Positions 25,677-40,108 of a stretch of DNA of 64,000 nt are shown here, in pieces. The stretch comes from an uncultured bacterium. GTDB lineage: Bacteria > Patescibacteriota > Minisyncoccia > Phycocordibacterales > Phycocordibacteraceae. The DNA lies in the NCBI GenBank assembly GCA_937879955.1, contig CALFMK010000002.1:1175-65174 (forward strand), read 5' to 3'. Position 1 is the first letter of the stretch. Each line of letters opens with the position of its first letter. The position numbers and the translations under genes are program-made. The notes beneath the pieces were generated by a model. The model was not told where the DNA came from and searched no databases. It was given only the letters and a program-made list of their open reading frames with translations.

Positions 25677-26366
25677 ATGATCCGATTCCATCTCGTCACC
25701 CTCTTCCCGGAAGCCTGCGAAGCCTACCTGTCGGCGTCGATCCTCGGCCGCGCCCGCGCAGCCAAGAAGATGCGCGTCGACTACCAGTCCCCGCGCACCT
25801 ACGTCACGAACCGCTGGGGCAAGGTGGACGAGCGCCCGTACGGGGGAGGCCCTGGCATGGTGATGACGGCACTGCCCGTCGCGAAGGCGATCAAGAAGTC
25901 GCTCGGCCGCCGCAAAGGCAAGAAGGCCATCATCTGGTTCAGTCCTACCGGCAAGCAGTTCACGAACAAGGACGCGGACAGCCTCCTCAAGTTCGAGGAG
26001 ATCGTCTTCGTCTGCGGCCGCTACGAGGGCATCGACGAGCGCGCGAAGCTCATGGCGAAGACCATGGGCACCGTGAAGACGTTCGCGGTAGGCGAGGCGG
26101 TCTATACCGGAGGCGAGGTCCCTGCGCTCGCCATGGTGGATGCGATAACGCGCCGCATCCCCGGCGTGCTCGGGAAGGACGAGTCGGTGGAGGAGCGCCG
26201 GTTAGCTGCGCCTGACGTCTACACCCGTCCGGAAGCCATCGAGTGGGAAGGGAAGTCCTACAAGGTCCCGCCCGTGCTCAAGACCGGCGACCACAAGAAG
26301 ATCGACGCGTACCGCGCGAAGAAGCTCGCGGGCACCGTGAAGGCGAAGAAGGCCGCGGACGCGTAA
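25677..26366 (+). CDS. trmD: tRNA (guanine-N1)-methyltransferase
   Basis: DERPYGGGPGMVM, CGRYEGIDER, GGEVPA, YTRP. Confidence 0.96.
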   Translation: MIRFHLVTLFPEACEAYLSASILGRARAAKKMRVDYQSPRTYVTNRWGKVDERPYGGGPGMVMTALPVAKAIKKSLGRRKGKKAIIWFSPTGKQFTNKDADSLLKFEEIVFVCGRYEGIDERAKLMAKTMGTVKTFAVGEAVYTGGEVPALAMVDAITRRIPGVLGKDESVEERRLAAPDVYTRPEAIEWEGKSYKVPPVLKTGDHKKIDAYRAKKLAGTVKAKKAADA

Positions 26367-26461
26367 TCCACCGCGCTCGCTTCATGAACGTGCGCCCATA
26401 GCGTATAGTTCCCGAGCGAACCTGGTGTTCAGGATGTCGCACGCACATTGTTGGAGGGAAT

Positions 26462-27022
26462 ATGGACGTGAAGTATTACGTCGTCGTGAGCGCTGGACTC
26501 AGCATCCTCGCGGCGATCCTTTTTCATTTCTGGGGAAGCCACGTGCATCCCGGCGCCACGCTCCTCGTGATGGGCTTGCTCGTCGCCGGGGTCGGCCTGG
26601 GGTCTTCGTCCGGGCAGCCGTCGCCGCTCAACCGGTTCGACCGGTTCATCTCGGCGCTCGCGCTCGGCCTGCTGTTTCTGGCCGTCGGTGTCGGGATCGT
26701 GCCGTTCGACGGATGGGACATCGTGAGGGTGCTCGTGAGCTCCTTCGTGGCGATCGTCGCCGGCTTCGTGCTCATGACGGAGCCTCCGTTCGAATCCCGT
26801 GTGTACGGGAAGCGGGAGAAGTTCTGCATGGTCAGCGCGACGGCGGTCCCGGTGCTCGGGCTCGCGGCCGTCACGTCGTTTGCGGGATCGCTCCCGCTCC
26901 AGAACGTGATGGCCCTGTGGGTGACCCTCATCGGCGCCCCGTCGCTCCTCGTATGGTTCGCGGCGCCGAGCATCCCGGCAGAACGCCGGCAGCAGCCGGT
27001 TCCGGCAAAGCAGGCGGCATAA
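26462..27022 (+). CDS. Orphan membrane protein
   Basis: GGAGG SD, several TMs, terminator at 27031-27062. Confidence 0.72.
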   Translation: MDVKYYVVVSAGLSILAAILFHFWGSHVHPGATLLVMGLLVAGVGLGSSSGQPSPLNRFDRFISALALGLLFLAVGVGIVPFDGWDIVRVLVSSFVAIVAGFVLMTEPPFESRVYGKREKFCMVSATAVPVLGLAAVTSFAGSLPLQNVMALWVTLIGAPSLLVWFAAPSIPAERRQQPVPAKQAA

Positions 27023-27170
27023 GCCGCAGGCAGGGCGGTCTCCAGTATGGAGGCCGCCTTTTACCGTTCAGGGTATTGCGCAACGATTCCTGATATTGAC
27101 AAGATACACCTTTCGTGCATAATATGAGACGAGCCTGGACATCCAGGAAGTCACATGAGGGGATACCGTC

Positions 27171-27533
27171 ATGTCCGGTATGTATCTTGTCGTATGGGGC
27201 CTTGTTTGCGTTTCGATCGCTTCGTTCCAGTTCTGCGCGTGGCAGCGATGGCTTCCGAGTCTCCCTGTCGCACGCGTCGTCCTCGTGCTGGCGTTCGAGA
27301 TCGGCGTGGCCACGGTCGTGGTCCTGGCGCTCGGCATCGCGCCGGTACCAGTCATCGCGAGCCTGATCATCGGGACCGCGCTGAGCATCTTCTACGAGAA
27401 GGTGATCCGTTCCTGGATCTACCGCCAGGTCGAGCAAGGGAAGCTGAATCACCCTCGCTCGTCCACGGCCTTCCCGGACATCTCCGGGCCCGATCCGGAC
27501 CGGCCGGGACAGCACTACAATGTCCTGACCTGA
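27171..27533 (+). CDS. Orphan membrane protein (about 3 TM)
   Basis: TTGACA...CATAAT promoter, GAGG SD, terminator at 27551-27581. Confidence 0.7.
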   Translation: MSGMYLVVWGLVCVSIASFQFCAWQRWLPSLPVARVVLVLAFEIGVATVVVLALGIAPVPVIASLIIGTALSIFYEKVIRSWIYRQVEQGKLNHPRSSTAFPDISGPDPDRPGQHYNVLT

Positions 27534-27659
27534 CCGGATCCCGGTACCCTAAGGCGGCTTTCCTCACGGAAGCCGCCTTTTACTATTTCTATGGACAACG
27601 CTATCGGGGAAGCGCATACTCGCGCGCAGAGCCCGATCAACGGGCATAGGGAGGAACAG

Positions 27660-28256
27660 ATGCTTGAGAACGTGTTTATTCAACGCTTCGGATTCTTGCT
27701 CGCGGCGGCATTTCTGCTCGCCTCGCTCGCGGCCGGAAGCCTTTCCGGCCTGTACGGCTGGGATATCGCCCGGTCCATGCGTGTCGTGGCTGACATCGGG
27801 ACCTACGTCTCAATCGCCGCGCTCGCCGTGTTCGCGATCGCGGCGGCGGCCTGCGTCGTCATGAAGAGGTCCGCGGATCATGCGCGGGTGGCAATCGCCT
27901 GGTGTGTCATCGTCTTGATGGTCTTCCGTGCGATCGTGCCGCTCGAGGGCGGTTCGAGCCTGCTCGCGACCATCATCGTGGCGTTCTTCGCGCCTGTTGT
28001 TACGACGTTCGTGGCCATGCTCCTGGTGCCGCAGAAGCGCCACCTGCTGCCGTACCATAAGCGGATGGCGTTCATCCTTTGCGCGGTCGCCCCGGGTGTG
28101 GCTGCCGTCCTGGCCTGGCACCTGGGCTTCGGTCTGGCATGGGGCGCGAACGCGCCTCTCGCAGCCGGCATCGTGGCTGCGCTTCTCGGGGTGTCTGCGC
28201 TCCTGGTCCCGCATCTCTCGAGGCACGAGCCTGAAGAGACGGACGCGATGGCGTGA
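27660..28256 (+). CDS. Orphan membrane protein, probable distant paralog of 26462-27022
   Basis: GGAGG SD before ATG 27660; terminator at 28265-28294. Confidence 0.72.
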   Translation: MLENVFIQRFGFLLAAAFLLASLAAGSLSGLYGWDIARSMRVVADIGTYVSIAALAVFAIAAAACVVMKRSADHARVAIAWCVIVLMVFRAIVPLEGGSSLLATIIVAFFAPVVTTFVAMLLVPQKRHLLPYHKRMAFILCAVAPGVAAVLAWHLGFGLAWGANAPLAAGIVAALLGVSALLVPHLSRHEPEETDAMA

Positions 28257-28330
28257 GTCATATGAAGGCGGTTTCCTCTCGGAAACCGCCTTTTCCTTTG
28301 GTCCGGACAGGGAACCCTGATATCCCCGGG

Positions 28331-28515
28331 TTGACGGTACCAGATCCTTCATCGTATATTTACCTTACGACTGAGTAACGACGGCACGACGGGTTCGGGG
28401 CAGAAAATCAGGGTTTTATTTTAAAAACAGCGTCTCCTAAGAACGAGGGGCGCGGCACGTACGTATACGTGCCCATTCGGCGTTTAGGGAGACACCGTAA
28501 CCATACGAAACTGAC
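28331..28515 (+). promoter_or_regulatory. rpoBC promoter and structured 5' leader
   Basis: TTGACG...TATATT; stems gtctcctaa/ttagggagac and ggcacgta/tacgtgcc. Confidence 0.5.
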
Positions 28516-31500
28516 ATGCAGCAGAAAAAGCTCGTGCAGAAGACCTTCGGCGCGTACCGCGCGCCGCGCGTCGAGTTCCCGGACCTGGTGGGGCACCAGC
28601 GGGAATCGTTCGCCTGGCTCCTCCAGGACGGGCTCAAGGAGCTCTTCAAGGAGTTCTCGCCAATTCCTGATTATTCCGGAAAGAAGTTCGAGCTCCGGTT
28701 CGACGGCTTCGAGATCGGCGCTCCAAAGGGCACCGAGGAGGAGGCGCGCGAGAACGCGCGCACGTACGAGGCGCCGCTCAAGGCGTCCGTGACGCTCGTG
28801 AACAAGACCTTCGGATCCGAGAAGACGCAGGAGATCTTCCTCACCGACATCCCGATGATGACGCCGCACGGCTCCTTCATCGTGTCGGGCGTCGAGCGCG
28901 CCATCGTGCCGCAGCTCGCGCGCTCCTTCGGCGCCTTCTTCGTCGCCGAGGAGAACAAGGGCCGCAACTATTTCGGCGCGAAGCTCATCCCTGCGCGCGG
29001 CGTATGGATCGAGATCGAGTCCGACGCGGACGGCGCGATCTACGTGAAGATCGACCGCAAGCGCAAGTTCCCGGTCACGAACCTCCTCTCTATCTTCGGC
29101 GCGGGAGTCCGCGACGAGATCCTCGCGAAGTTCAAGGGCGACGAGGTCGCGACCAAGGCGCTCCAGATGACGCTCGCGCATGACACCGCGCAGACGCTCG
29201 ACGACTCGTACGTCGAGGTGCACCGCCGCATGCGCGACGGCGACCTCGCGACCCCGGACAACGCCAAGTCCTACGTGAATACGCTCTTCGCGCCTGAGCG
29301 CTACGACCTCTCGAAGGTCGGCCGCCACCGCCTGAACGCCCGCTTCGGCCTCCCGACGGACAAGAAGTCGCTCGACCAGCGCGCCCTCACGCTCGACGAC
29401 CTCGTCCGCATCGTCGGCGAGATCGCCCGCATGAACACGGACGCGAACGCCGTCCCTGACGACATCGACCACCTCGGCTTCCGCCGCGTCCGCTTCGTCG
29501 GCGAGCTCCTCCAGGCCCGCATGCGCGTGGGCATGTCGCGCATGAAGCGCAACATCCAGGACCGCATGTCGACGATCGAGAGCGAGACCTCGCTCCCGAT
29601 GGCGTTCGTGAACCCGCGCCCGCTCTCCGCGAGCGTCCGCGAGTTCTTCACCGCGAACCAGCTCTCGCAGTTCATGGACCAGCAGAACATCCTCGCCGAG
29701 CTCGAGAACATGCGCACGCTCTCCGCGCTCGGTCCCGGCGGCCTCACGCGCGAGCGCGCCGGCTTCGAGGTCCGCGACGTGCATCCGTCCCACTACGGAC
29801 GCCTCTGCCCGATCCACACGCCTGAGGGCCAGAACATCGGCCTCATCCTCCGCCTCGCGCTCCATGCGCGCACCAACGAGTTCGGCGTCATCGAGACCCC
29901 GTACGCGAAGGTGAAGAACGGCGTCGTCACCGACGAGATCGAGTACCTCAACGCGCTCGACGAGGAGACCGTGGTCATCGCGCATGCCGCGACCCCGACC
30001 GACGAGAAGGGCCGCATCACGGTCGACGCCATCGAGGCGCGCCGCGGCGGCGAGCCTGCGGTCGTGCGCAAGGACGAGATCAACTACATGGACGCATCGA
30101 CGTACCAGATGTTCTCGGCCGCGACCGCGATGATCCCGTTCGTCGACCACGACGACGCGAACCGCGCGCTCATGGGTTCGAACATGCAGAAGCAGGCGAC
30201 CCCGGTGCTCATCCCGGAGGCGCCGCTCGTCTCGACCGGCATCGAGGGCCATGCCGCGCAGAACACCGGCCGCCTCGTCATCGCCGAGGAGGCGGGCGAG
30301 GTGACGTACTGCGACGCGCGCAAGGTCATCGTCACGCCGTCGAACGGCAAGCCGCACGAGTACAAGCTCCAGGGCCTCACGCAGACCAACCAGAACTCCG
30401 CGTTCATGCAGCGCCCGATCGTAGCGACCGGCATGAAGGTCAAGAAGGGCGACGTCCTCGCGGACGCATCGTCTTCGGACCAGGGACAGATGGCGCTCGG
30501 ACAGAACGTCCGCGTCGCCTTCATGTCCTGGAACGGCGCTAACTACGAGGACGCTATCATCGTCTCCGAGCGCCTCGTGGAGGAGTCCAAGTTCACTACC
30601 GTCCACATCGAGGACTTCGAGGCGGCGGTCCGCGACACCAAGCTCGGTGCCGAGGTGACCACCCACGACATCCCGAACGTCGGCGAGCTCCGTCTCAAGA
30701 ACCTCGACGAGGAGGGTATCGTCCGAATCGGCGCGGAAGTGCGCCCGGGCGACATCCTCGTGGGTAAGGTGACCCCGAAGGGCGAGACCCAGCTCACGCC
30801 TGAGGAGCGCCTTCTCCGCTCGATCTTCGGCGACAAGGCCAAGGACGTGAAGGACACCTCGCTCCGCATGGAGGGAGGGAAGCGCGGCCGTGTCATCGGC
30901 GTGAAGGTCTTCAGCCGCGAGCAGGGCGACCAGCTCGAGAGCGGCATCATCAAGAAGATCGTCGTCACCGTGGCCCAGGTGCGTAACGTGTCGGTGGGCG
31001 ACAAGCTCGCCGGACGTCACGGAAACAAGGGAGTCATCTCCCGCGTGCTTCCGGTCGAGGACATGCCGTACGACAAGGACGGCAACCCGGTCGACATCAT
31101 CCTCACGCCGCTCGGCGTCCCGTCCCGCATGAACCTGGGACAGATCCTCGAGCTCCATCTCGGGCTCGCGGCGAACACCCTCGGCTACCAGGCCGTGGTA
31201 CCGCCGTTCGCAGGCGCGACCCATGCCGAGATCCGCGACGAGCTCGTGAAGGCCGGCTACGACGCCTCCGGAAAGATGCGTCTCTTCGACGGCCGCACGG
31301 GCGAGGCGTTCGCACAGCCGATCTCCGTGGGCTACATGTACGTCCTGAAGCTCCATCACATGGTGGAGGACAAGATCCACATGCGCTCCATCGGCCCGTA
31401 CTCCCTCATCACCCAGCAGCCGCTCGGCGGAAAGGCCCAGAACGGCGGCCAGCGCTTCGGCGAGATGGAGGTGTGGGCGCTCCTCGGCTACGGCTCCGCC

Positions 31501-31692
31501 TACACGCTCCGGGAGATGCTCACCATCAAGTCCGACGATATCCAGGGCCGCTCCGCGACCTTCGACGCGATCGTGAAGGGCGAGCCCGTGTCGCACTCCG
31601 GCACGCCGGCTTCCTTCGCCGTCCTTACCAACCAGATCCGCGGTCTCGCGCTCGACATCGAGCCACTCGAGAATTACACGCAGGCTGACTAA
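28516..31692 (+). CDS. rpoB: RNA polymerase beta subunit
   Basis: DDIDHLG, VHPSHYGRLCP, RALMGSNMQKQA, GDKLAGRHGNKG, GGQRFGEMEVWAL. Confidence 0.99.
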   Translation: MQQKKLVQKTFGAYRAPRVEFPDLVGHQRESFAWLLQDGLKELFKEFSPIPDYSGKKFELRFDGFEIGAPKGTEEEARENARTYEAPLKASVTLVNKTFGSEKTQEIFLTDIPMMTPHGSFIVSGVERAIVPQLARSFGAFFVAEENKGRNYFGAKLIPARGVWIEIESDADGAIYVKIDRKRKFPVTNLLSIFGAGVRDEILAKFKGDEVATKALQMTLAHDTAQTLDDSYVEVHRRMRDGDLATPDNAKSYVNTLFAPERYDLSKVGRHRLNARFGLPTDKKSLDQRALTLDDLVRIVGEIARMNTDANAVPDDIDHLGFRRVRFVGELLQARMRVGMSRMKRNIQDRMSTIESETSLPMAFVNPRPLSASVREFFTANQLSQFMDQQNILAELENMRTLSALGPGGLTRERAGFEVRDVHPSHYGRLCPIHTPEGQNIGLILRLALHARTNEFGVIETPYAKVKNGVVTDEIEYLNALDEETVVIAHAATPTDEKGRITVDAIEARRGGEPAVVRKDEINYMDASTYQMFSAATAMIPFVDHDDANRALMGSNMQKQATPVLIPEAPLVSTGIEGHAAQNTGRLVIAEEAGEVTYCDARKVIVTPSNGKPHEYKLQGLTQTNQNSAFMQRPIVATGMKVKKGDVLADASSSDQGQMALGQNVRVAFMSWNGANYEDAIIVSERLVEESKFTTVHIEDFEAAVRDTKLGAEVTTHDIPNVGELRLKNLDEEGIVRIGAEVRPGDILVGKVTPKGETQLTPEERLLRSIFGDKAKDVKDTSLRMEGGKRGRVIGVKVFSREQGDQLESGIIKKIVVTVAQVRNVSVGDKLAGRHGNKGVISRVLPVEDMPYDKDGNPVDIILTPLGVPSRMNLGQILELHLGLAANTLGYQAVVPPFAGATHAEIRDELVKAGYDASGKMRLFDGRTGEAFAQPISVGYMYVLKLHHMVEDKIHMRSIGPYSLITQQPLGGKAQNGGQRFGEMEVWALLGYGSAYTLREMLTIKSDDIQGRSATFDAIVKGEPVSHSGTPASFAVLTNQIRGLALDIEPLENYTQAD

Positions 31693-31703
31693 CCAGATCA
31701 TCT

Positions 31704-35423
<3,720 letters not shown>

Positions 35424-35442
35424 GACCCCGTTCCGTATCGAA

Positions 35443-35470
35443 GAAAGGCCCGCTTTCGAGCGGGCCTTTC
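35443..35470. terminator. Intrinsic terminator after rpoC
   Basis: gaaaggcccgc-tttcga-gcgggcctttc. Confidence 0.8.
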
Positions 35471-35529
35471 TCATGGGCATAAAAGAAACGCCGCGCCTGC
35501 CCATGGAAGGGAAGGTGCGGCGTCCTGGC

Positions 35530-35865
35530 TCAGGCGGCGACCGATACGCGGTCCGGGTCCATGAGCGACCAGTCGATGGCGCACGGCCGGTCGGTCGCGG
35601 TCCGCTCTCCGCAGAGAACCACGAAGACCGGATACAGACTCTCCACCATCCGTTCCGGACGGTGTTCCGCCGCGGATTCGAACAGCTCGGTGACGAGCGT
35701 CCGGGCCAGGACCTTCTGGGACTGGTCGCCGCGCCGGGCGTACGTTTCGAACGTCGAGCAGATCTTGTCGAGCGCGGTCTGGTTGTGCTTCGTGCCGGAC
35801 TGCTTCTGTACGACGGCCAGCGCGCTCGCACGTGCCAGGTTCTCCATGATGCTTGATGGTGTCAC
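35530..35865 (-). CDS. Orphan hypothetical protein
   Basis: AGGGAG SD before GTG (start uncertain); TTGACG upstream; hairpin downstream; ends VSVAA. Confidence 0.55.
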   Translation of the reverse strand: MTPSSIMENLARASALAVVQKQSGTKHNQTALDKICSTFETYARRGDQSQKVLARTLVTELFESAAEHRPERMVESLYPVFVVLCGERTATDRPCAIDWSLMDPDRVSVAA

Positions 35866-35982
35866 GATCACTCTCCCTATGAGGAACAATCAGACTATGT
35901 ATAGGACGGTATCCGGCACCCGTCAATCCTGGGGAAAGGGAAAGACCGCCGGGCACGAGGTGCCGGGCGGTCTCTTGGGCGA

Positions 35983-36366
35983 TCAGGCGGCCGCAGCCGT
36001 GGGGATGCAGTTCGTGATCTTCATGTGCTTGAACCTGACGCGGCCGAAGCTGTTCGTGCTGCCGGTCCACGGCTGGTGGTCGGTCGAGCAGTAGAGGCCG
36101 TTCGGGACGATCTCCAGGGCGTAGTGCTGTGTGATCTCGGCGATCTTCTCCCAGAGCTCGTCGCTCGGACCGATGTCCGCGCTCCAGTCCCGGAAGAAGA
36201 CGGTGTACTGCCCGTCGGGGAAGGCGGCCAGCTTCGCCTCGTGCTCACGGCCGTGGAGGACCTTGAGCAGGCCGTCCATGGTGAGGACGATGACGTCGTT
36301 CTGGTAGCCTCTGCGGTACTCCGGCGGTCTCACGATCGCTTCTTCGCGCTGCGCTTCGATGTGCAT
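35983..36366 (-). CDS. Orphan hypothetical protein (127 aa)
   Basis: AGGAGG SD; paralog of 36484-36867; terminator at 35941-35975. Confidence 0.7.
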   Translation of the reverse strand: MHIEAQREEAIVRPPEYRRGYQNDVIVLTMDGLLKVLHGREHEAKLAAFPDGQYTVFFRDWSADIGPSDELWEKIAEITQHYALEIVPNGLYCSTDHQPWTGSTNSFGRVRFKHMKITNCIPTAAAA

Positions 36367-36483
36367 GGTTCCCTCCTGAGGAAAATCTGGTCTGAGAGCA
36401 CTATACAATATATAAAATATATTGCAATACCTGGCAGGGCAAAGACGAAGACCGCCGCGGCATTCTGCCGGGCGGTCTCTGTG

Positions 36484-36867
36484 CTAGGCGGCCTGCGCGT
36501 CAGCGCGCCGGCGGATCCGGATGGTGAGGATGCGGCCGGGGTCGTGGCTGCCGCCCGTCCAGGGCATGAAGCCGCATTCGCCGGGCGCGAGCACGTCCAC
36601 CACGTGCGTCTTGCCGATGTCCGTGAGGACCTGGCGCAGCGGATCGTCAGGGCCGATCATGAGCCCCTTCGGGCTGATGATGTTCACGGTGAACGGGCGG
36701 TCCGGGTCCTCGTCGAGGCGCTTGCGGTAGCTCTGCGCGGGCTTCTTCCCGGGCTCGATATAGCCGTCCTCGCTAAGGACGTCGATCACGTTCTGGGTCG
36801 TATGGGCGTTCCAGTCGTGGGTATTGCCGCGGACCGGCATGAAGCCGGCCTGGGTATCGTTCGACAC
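36484..36867 (-). CDS. Orphan hypothetical protein (127 aa)
   Basis: GAGGGAG SD, GTG start; paralog of 35983-36366; terminator at about 36448-36480. Confidence 0.7.
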   Translation of the reverse strand: MSNDTQAGFMPVRGNTHDWNAHTTQNVIDVLSEDGYIEPGKKPAQSYRKRLDEDPDRPFTVNIISPKGLMIGPDDPLRQVLTDIGKTHVVDVLAPGECGFMPWTGGSHDPGRILTIRIRRRADAQAA

Positions 36868-36973
36868 GTGTAATGCTCCCTCAAAGGTTCTGAACTGGGG
36901 TCTACTATGCCATATTCCGGGCCGTTCCACGACCCGAGCGCGCAAGCGCCTGAGGCGGTAAAATACGGAGGAC

Positions 36974-38686
36974 ATGGATACCGTCGAGCAGGTGAAGGCG
37001 AAGCTCTCGATCCTCGAGGTCGTTTCGCCGTACGTGAAGCTCACGAAGTCCGGCCGCAACTACAAGGGTCTCTCGCCGTTCAACAAGGAGAAGACCCCGT
37101 CCTTCTACGTGAACGTGGAGCGCGGCACGTACTACTGCTTCTCCTCGGGACAGGGCGGCGACCAGTTCGAGTTCATCCAGAAGATGGAGGGCGTGGACTT
37201 CAAGGGCGCGCTCAAGATACTCGCGGAGAAGGCGGGGGTAGAGATCGTGTACCAGGGCGGCGGCGCCTCGAAGGCGGACAAGGACAAGCGCGACCGCCTG
37301 TACGAGGCGATGGCACGCGCGGAGGCGAAGTACGCGGCAGGCCTCCTCGAGGGGAAGGACGTCGCGGGAAGCGCGTACGCGTATGCGCTCTCGCGTGGAT
37401 TGTCCGCTGAGACCATCAAGACCTGGAACCTCGGCTACGCGCCGGACGCGTGGCGCACGATCCTCGAGAGCCTGACGGCAGACGGCTTCACGAACGCGGA
37501 GCTCGTCGCGGCTGGCTTGGTTAAGGAAGCGGACGAGAAGAAGGGGACCTGGTACGACCGCTTCCGCAAGCGCCTCATGTTCCCGATACGGGACTCGGCC
37601 GGACGCACCGTAGCGTTCACGGGACGCGCGCTCGACCCTAGCGATCTCGCGAAGTACCTGAACTCCCCGGAGACCGACCTCTACAAGAAGTCGGAGATCC
37701 TCTTCGGCATGGACAAGGCGAAGGACGCGATACGCCAGCGGGGGTTCGCGCTCTTGGTTGAGGGGCAGATGGACCTCCTCATGCTGCATCAGATCGGCTT
37801 CCAGAACACCGTAGCACTCTCGGGCACGGCGCTCACCCCGCAGCACCTTTCCTTGATAAAGCGCTACGCGGACAACCTCATGCTCGCGCTCGACTCGGAC
37901 CGCGCGGGACTGAACGCCAGCATGAAGAACGCCATCGCGGCACTCAAGGCCGGCATGCACGTGAAGGCGGTGCGGCTGCCTGCAGGGAAGGACCCGGCCG
38001 ACATGGCGAACGAGGACCCGAAGGCGTTAACCGCTCGTATCAAGGGCAGCGAGCCTATCGTAGAGTTCTTCCTCTCGGTCCTGGCCGAGACGGAGAAGGA
38101 CCCACATCGATTGATCATGCTCGTGGAGAAGACCGTGCTCCCTCTGATAGCGGCCATCCAGAGCCCGATGGAGCAGGAGCACTTCGTGGGCATAACGGCG
38201 CGCTCGCTCGGCTCGACGCCTGAGGCCATCCGGGCCGCGCTCGCCCGGCTCCCGAAAGAAGGGCGCCAGCCAGAGGCGGCTAGGCCCTTCGAGCAGCCCG
38301 TACAGACCCGTCCGCAGGCTCCTGTAGCCATGTCAGCGAGCGAGCGGCACGGGATGAAGCTTCGCGCCGTGGCGGCCGCGTATGCCGATACGGCCATTGC
38401 GAGGAAGGTGGAAAATGAGTATAATCGCATCATCGGCGTACCGTTCCCGGACGTGCCCCCTCCCGAAGACATGATCTTCGAGGCAGGAATAGCCTTTGGC
38501 GAGGCCCCCGGAGAAACGGACGCGGACGATCTCATCGTCGCATTCGAGAAGGCACTCCTAGCGGAGCGGCTCCAGGCCGCTACCGCTCGCTTGCGCGTTG
38601 CAGAGACGTCCCGAGACGAGACTCAGATTAAGGAAGCAGGGCAGGAATGCGAAGAGCTCCGGAAGAGGCTCGCCCTATTTTCATAA
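36974..38686 (+). CDS. dnaG: DNA primase
   Basis: [38 protein letters not shown] (TOPRIM). Confidence 0.96.
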   Translation: MDTVEQVKAKLSILEVVSPYVKLTKSGRNYKGLSPFNKEKTPSFYVNVERGTYYCFSSGQGGDQFEFIQKMEGVDFKGALKILAEKAGVEIVYQGGGASKADKDKRDRLYEAMARAEAKYAAGLLEGKDVAGSAYAYALSRGLSAETIKTWNLGYAPDAWRTILESLTADGFTNAELVAAGLVKEADEKKGTWYDRFRKRLMFPIRDSAGRTVAFTGRALDPSDLAKYLNSPETDLYKKSEILFGMDKAKDAIRQRGFALLVEGQMDLLMLHQIGFQNTVALSGTALTPQHLSLIKRYADNLMLALDSDRAGLNASMKNAIAALKAGMHVKAVRLPAGKDPADMANEDPKALTARIKGSEPIVEFFLSVLAETEKDPHRLIMLVEKTVLPLIAAIQSPMEQEHFVGITARSLGSTPEAIRAALARLPKEGRQPEAARPFEQPVQTRPQAPVAMSASERHGMKLRAVAAAYADTAIARKVENEYNRIIGVPFPDVPPPEDMIFEAGIAFGEAPGETDADDLIVAFEKALLAERLQAATARLRVAETSRDETQIKEAGQECEELRKRLALFS

Positions 38687-38717
38687 CGTTCGATTTACTC
38701 GTTCACCTACATCCCCG

Positions 38718-39995
38718 ATGCCAACTGCGAAGAAGCCAGCCAAGAAGGCTGCACCGAAGAAAGTAGTGAAGAAGGCCGCTCCTAAGAAGGCGGTGAAGAA
38801 GGCTGCGCCTAAGAAGGCAGCCAAGAAGGCGCCTGCGAAGAAGGCAGCGGTTGCGAAGAAGCCGACCAAGAAGGTCGCGCTCAAGAACATCGTCCGCGCG
38901 GCAGCGACAGGCGCGAAGGCGAAGGCCGCAGCCGTGAAGGTAGACAAGGCCGACGTCCTCATCAAGAAGGGCAAGGAGCGCGGCTACATCACGTACTCGG
39001 AGATCCTCAAGGAGTTCCCGCACGTGGAGGACGACATCATGTTCCTCGACGAGCTCTACGAGAAGTTCACCGCCGCCGGCATCGACATCCTCGAGGGCGG
39101 CATGCTCGCCGATGACACGGACCAGTACCTCGCTACCCGCAACATAAAGAGCCGCGACTCAGGCGCGTACGACTCCATCCAGATCTACCTCCGCGAGATC
39201 GGCCAATACCCGCTCCTCACGGCTTCCGAAGAGCGCGAGCTCGCGCAGCGTATCGAGAAGGGGGACGACGAGGCGCGCAATATCCTCGCCCGCTCGAACC
39301 TCCGCCTCGTGGTATCGATCGCAAAGAAGTACGTAGGCCGGTCTCCTGACCTGACCCTTCTCGACCTCATCCAGGAGGGCAACCTCGGCCTCTTCAAGGC
39401 CGTCGACAAGTTCGACTGGAACAAGGGATTCAAGTTCTCGACCTATGCGACGTGGTGGATCCGCCAGGCCATCACCCGCGCGCTCGCGGACCAGTCCCGC
39501 ACCATCCGCATCCCGGTGCACATGGTGGAGACCATCGCGAAGTACAAGCAGGTGTCCCGCCGCTTGGCACAGGTGCTCGGCCGCGATCCGCAGCCTGAGG
39601 AGATCGCCATCGAGATGGGCGTCGAGGTGGACAAGATCTACCAGATCGAGAAGATCAACCAGGACACGCTCTCGCTCGAGAACCCTATAGGCTCCGATGA
39701 CGACCAGAACTCCACCCTCGGTGACTTCATCGCGGACGATAAGATCCCGTCTCCTATCCAGGAGTCCTCGGAGCGCATCCTCGGCGAGCAGGTCCGCGAC
39801 ATCCTCGAGGACCTCTCTCCGAAGGAGCGCAAGATCCTCGAGATGCGCCACGGCCTCCTCGACGGCGTGTACCACACGCTCGAGGAAGTGGGTAAGGAGT
39901 TCGGCGTCACCCGCGAGCGTATCCGCCAGATCGAGGCGAAGGCGCTGGAGAAGATCAGGACGCATGAGAAGTCCCGTCGTTTGAAGAGTTACTAA
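38718..39995 (+). CDS. rpoD: Primary sigma factor with Lys/Ala-rich N-terminal repeats
   Basis: [46 protein letters not shown]; follows dnaG. Confidence 0.97.
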   Translation: MPTAKKPAKKAAPKKVVKKAAPKKAVKKAAPKKAAKKAPAKKAAVAKKPTKKVALKNIVRAAATGAKAKAAAVKVDKADVLIKKGKERGYITYSEILKEFPHVEDDIMFLDELYEKFTAAGIDILEGGMLADDTDQYLATRNIKSRDSGAYDSIQIYLREIGQYPLLTASEERELAQRIEKGDDEARNILARSNLRLVVSIAKKYVGRSPDLTLLDLIQEGNLGLFKAVDKFDWNKGFKFSTYATWWIRQAITRALADQSRTIRIPVHMVETIAKYKQVSRRLAQVLGRDPQPEEIAIEMGVEVDKIYQIEKINQDTLSLENPIGSDDDQNSTLGDFIADDKIPSPIQESSERILGEQVRDILEDLSPKERKILEMRHGLLDGVYHTLEEVGKEFGVTRERIRQIEAKALEKIRTHEKSRRLKSY

Positions 39996-39998
39996 ACG

Positions 39999-40023
39999 AA
40001 AGACCCGCGAGAGCGGGTCTTTT
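39999..40023 (+). terminator. Terminator after rpoD; left edge of the AT-rich island
   Basis: aaagacccgc-gaga-gcgggtctttt. Confidence 0.85.
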
Positions 40024-40108
40024 GTTTATGGAACAGATAAAATTTTCCTGGATTTTTAATAAAAAATCAGTCTATTGCGATTTAAGAAACGAAGTCCATA
40101 CTTGCTTC

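Noticed and set aside
26400-28294. Integron cassette array interpretation of the orphan units
   Set aside because: Hairpins are short GC stems with T-runs (terminators), lack RYYYAAC/GTTRRRY attC ends, and no integrase is present
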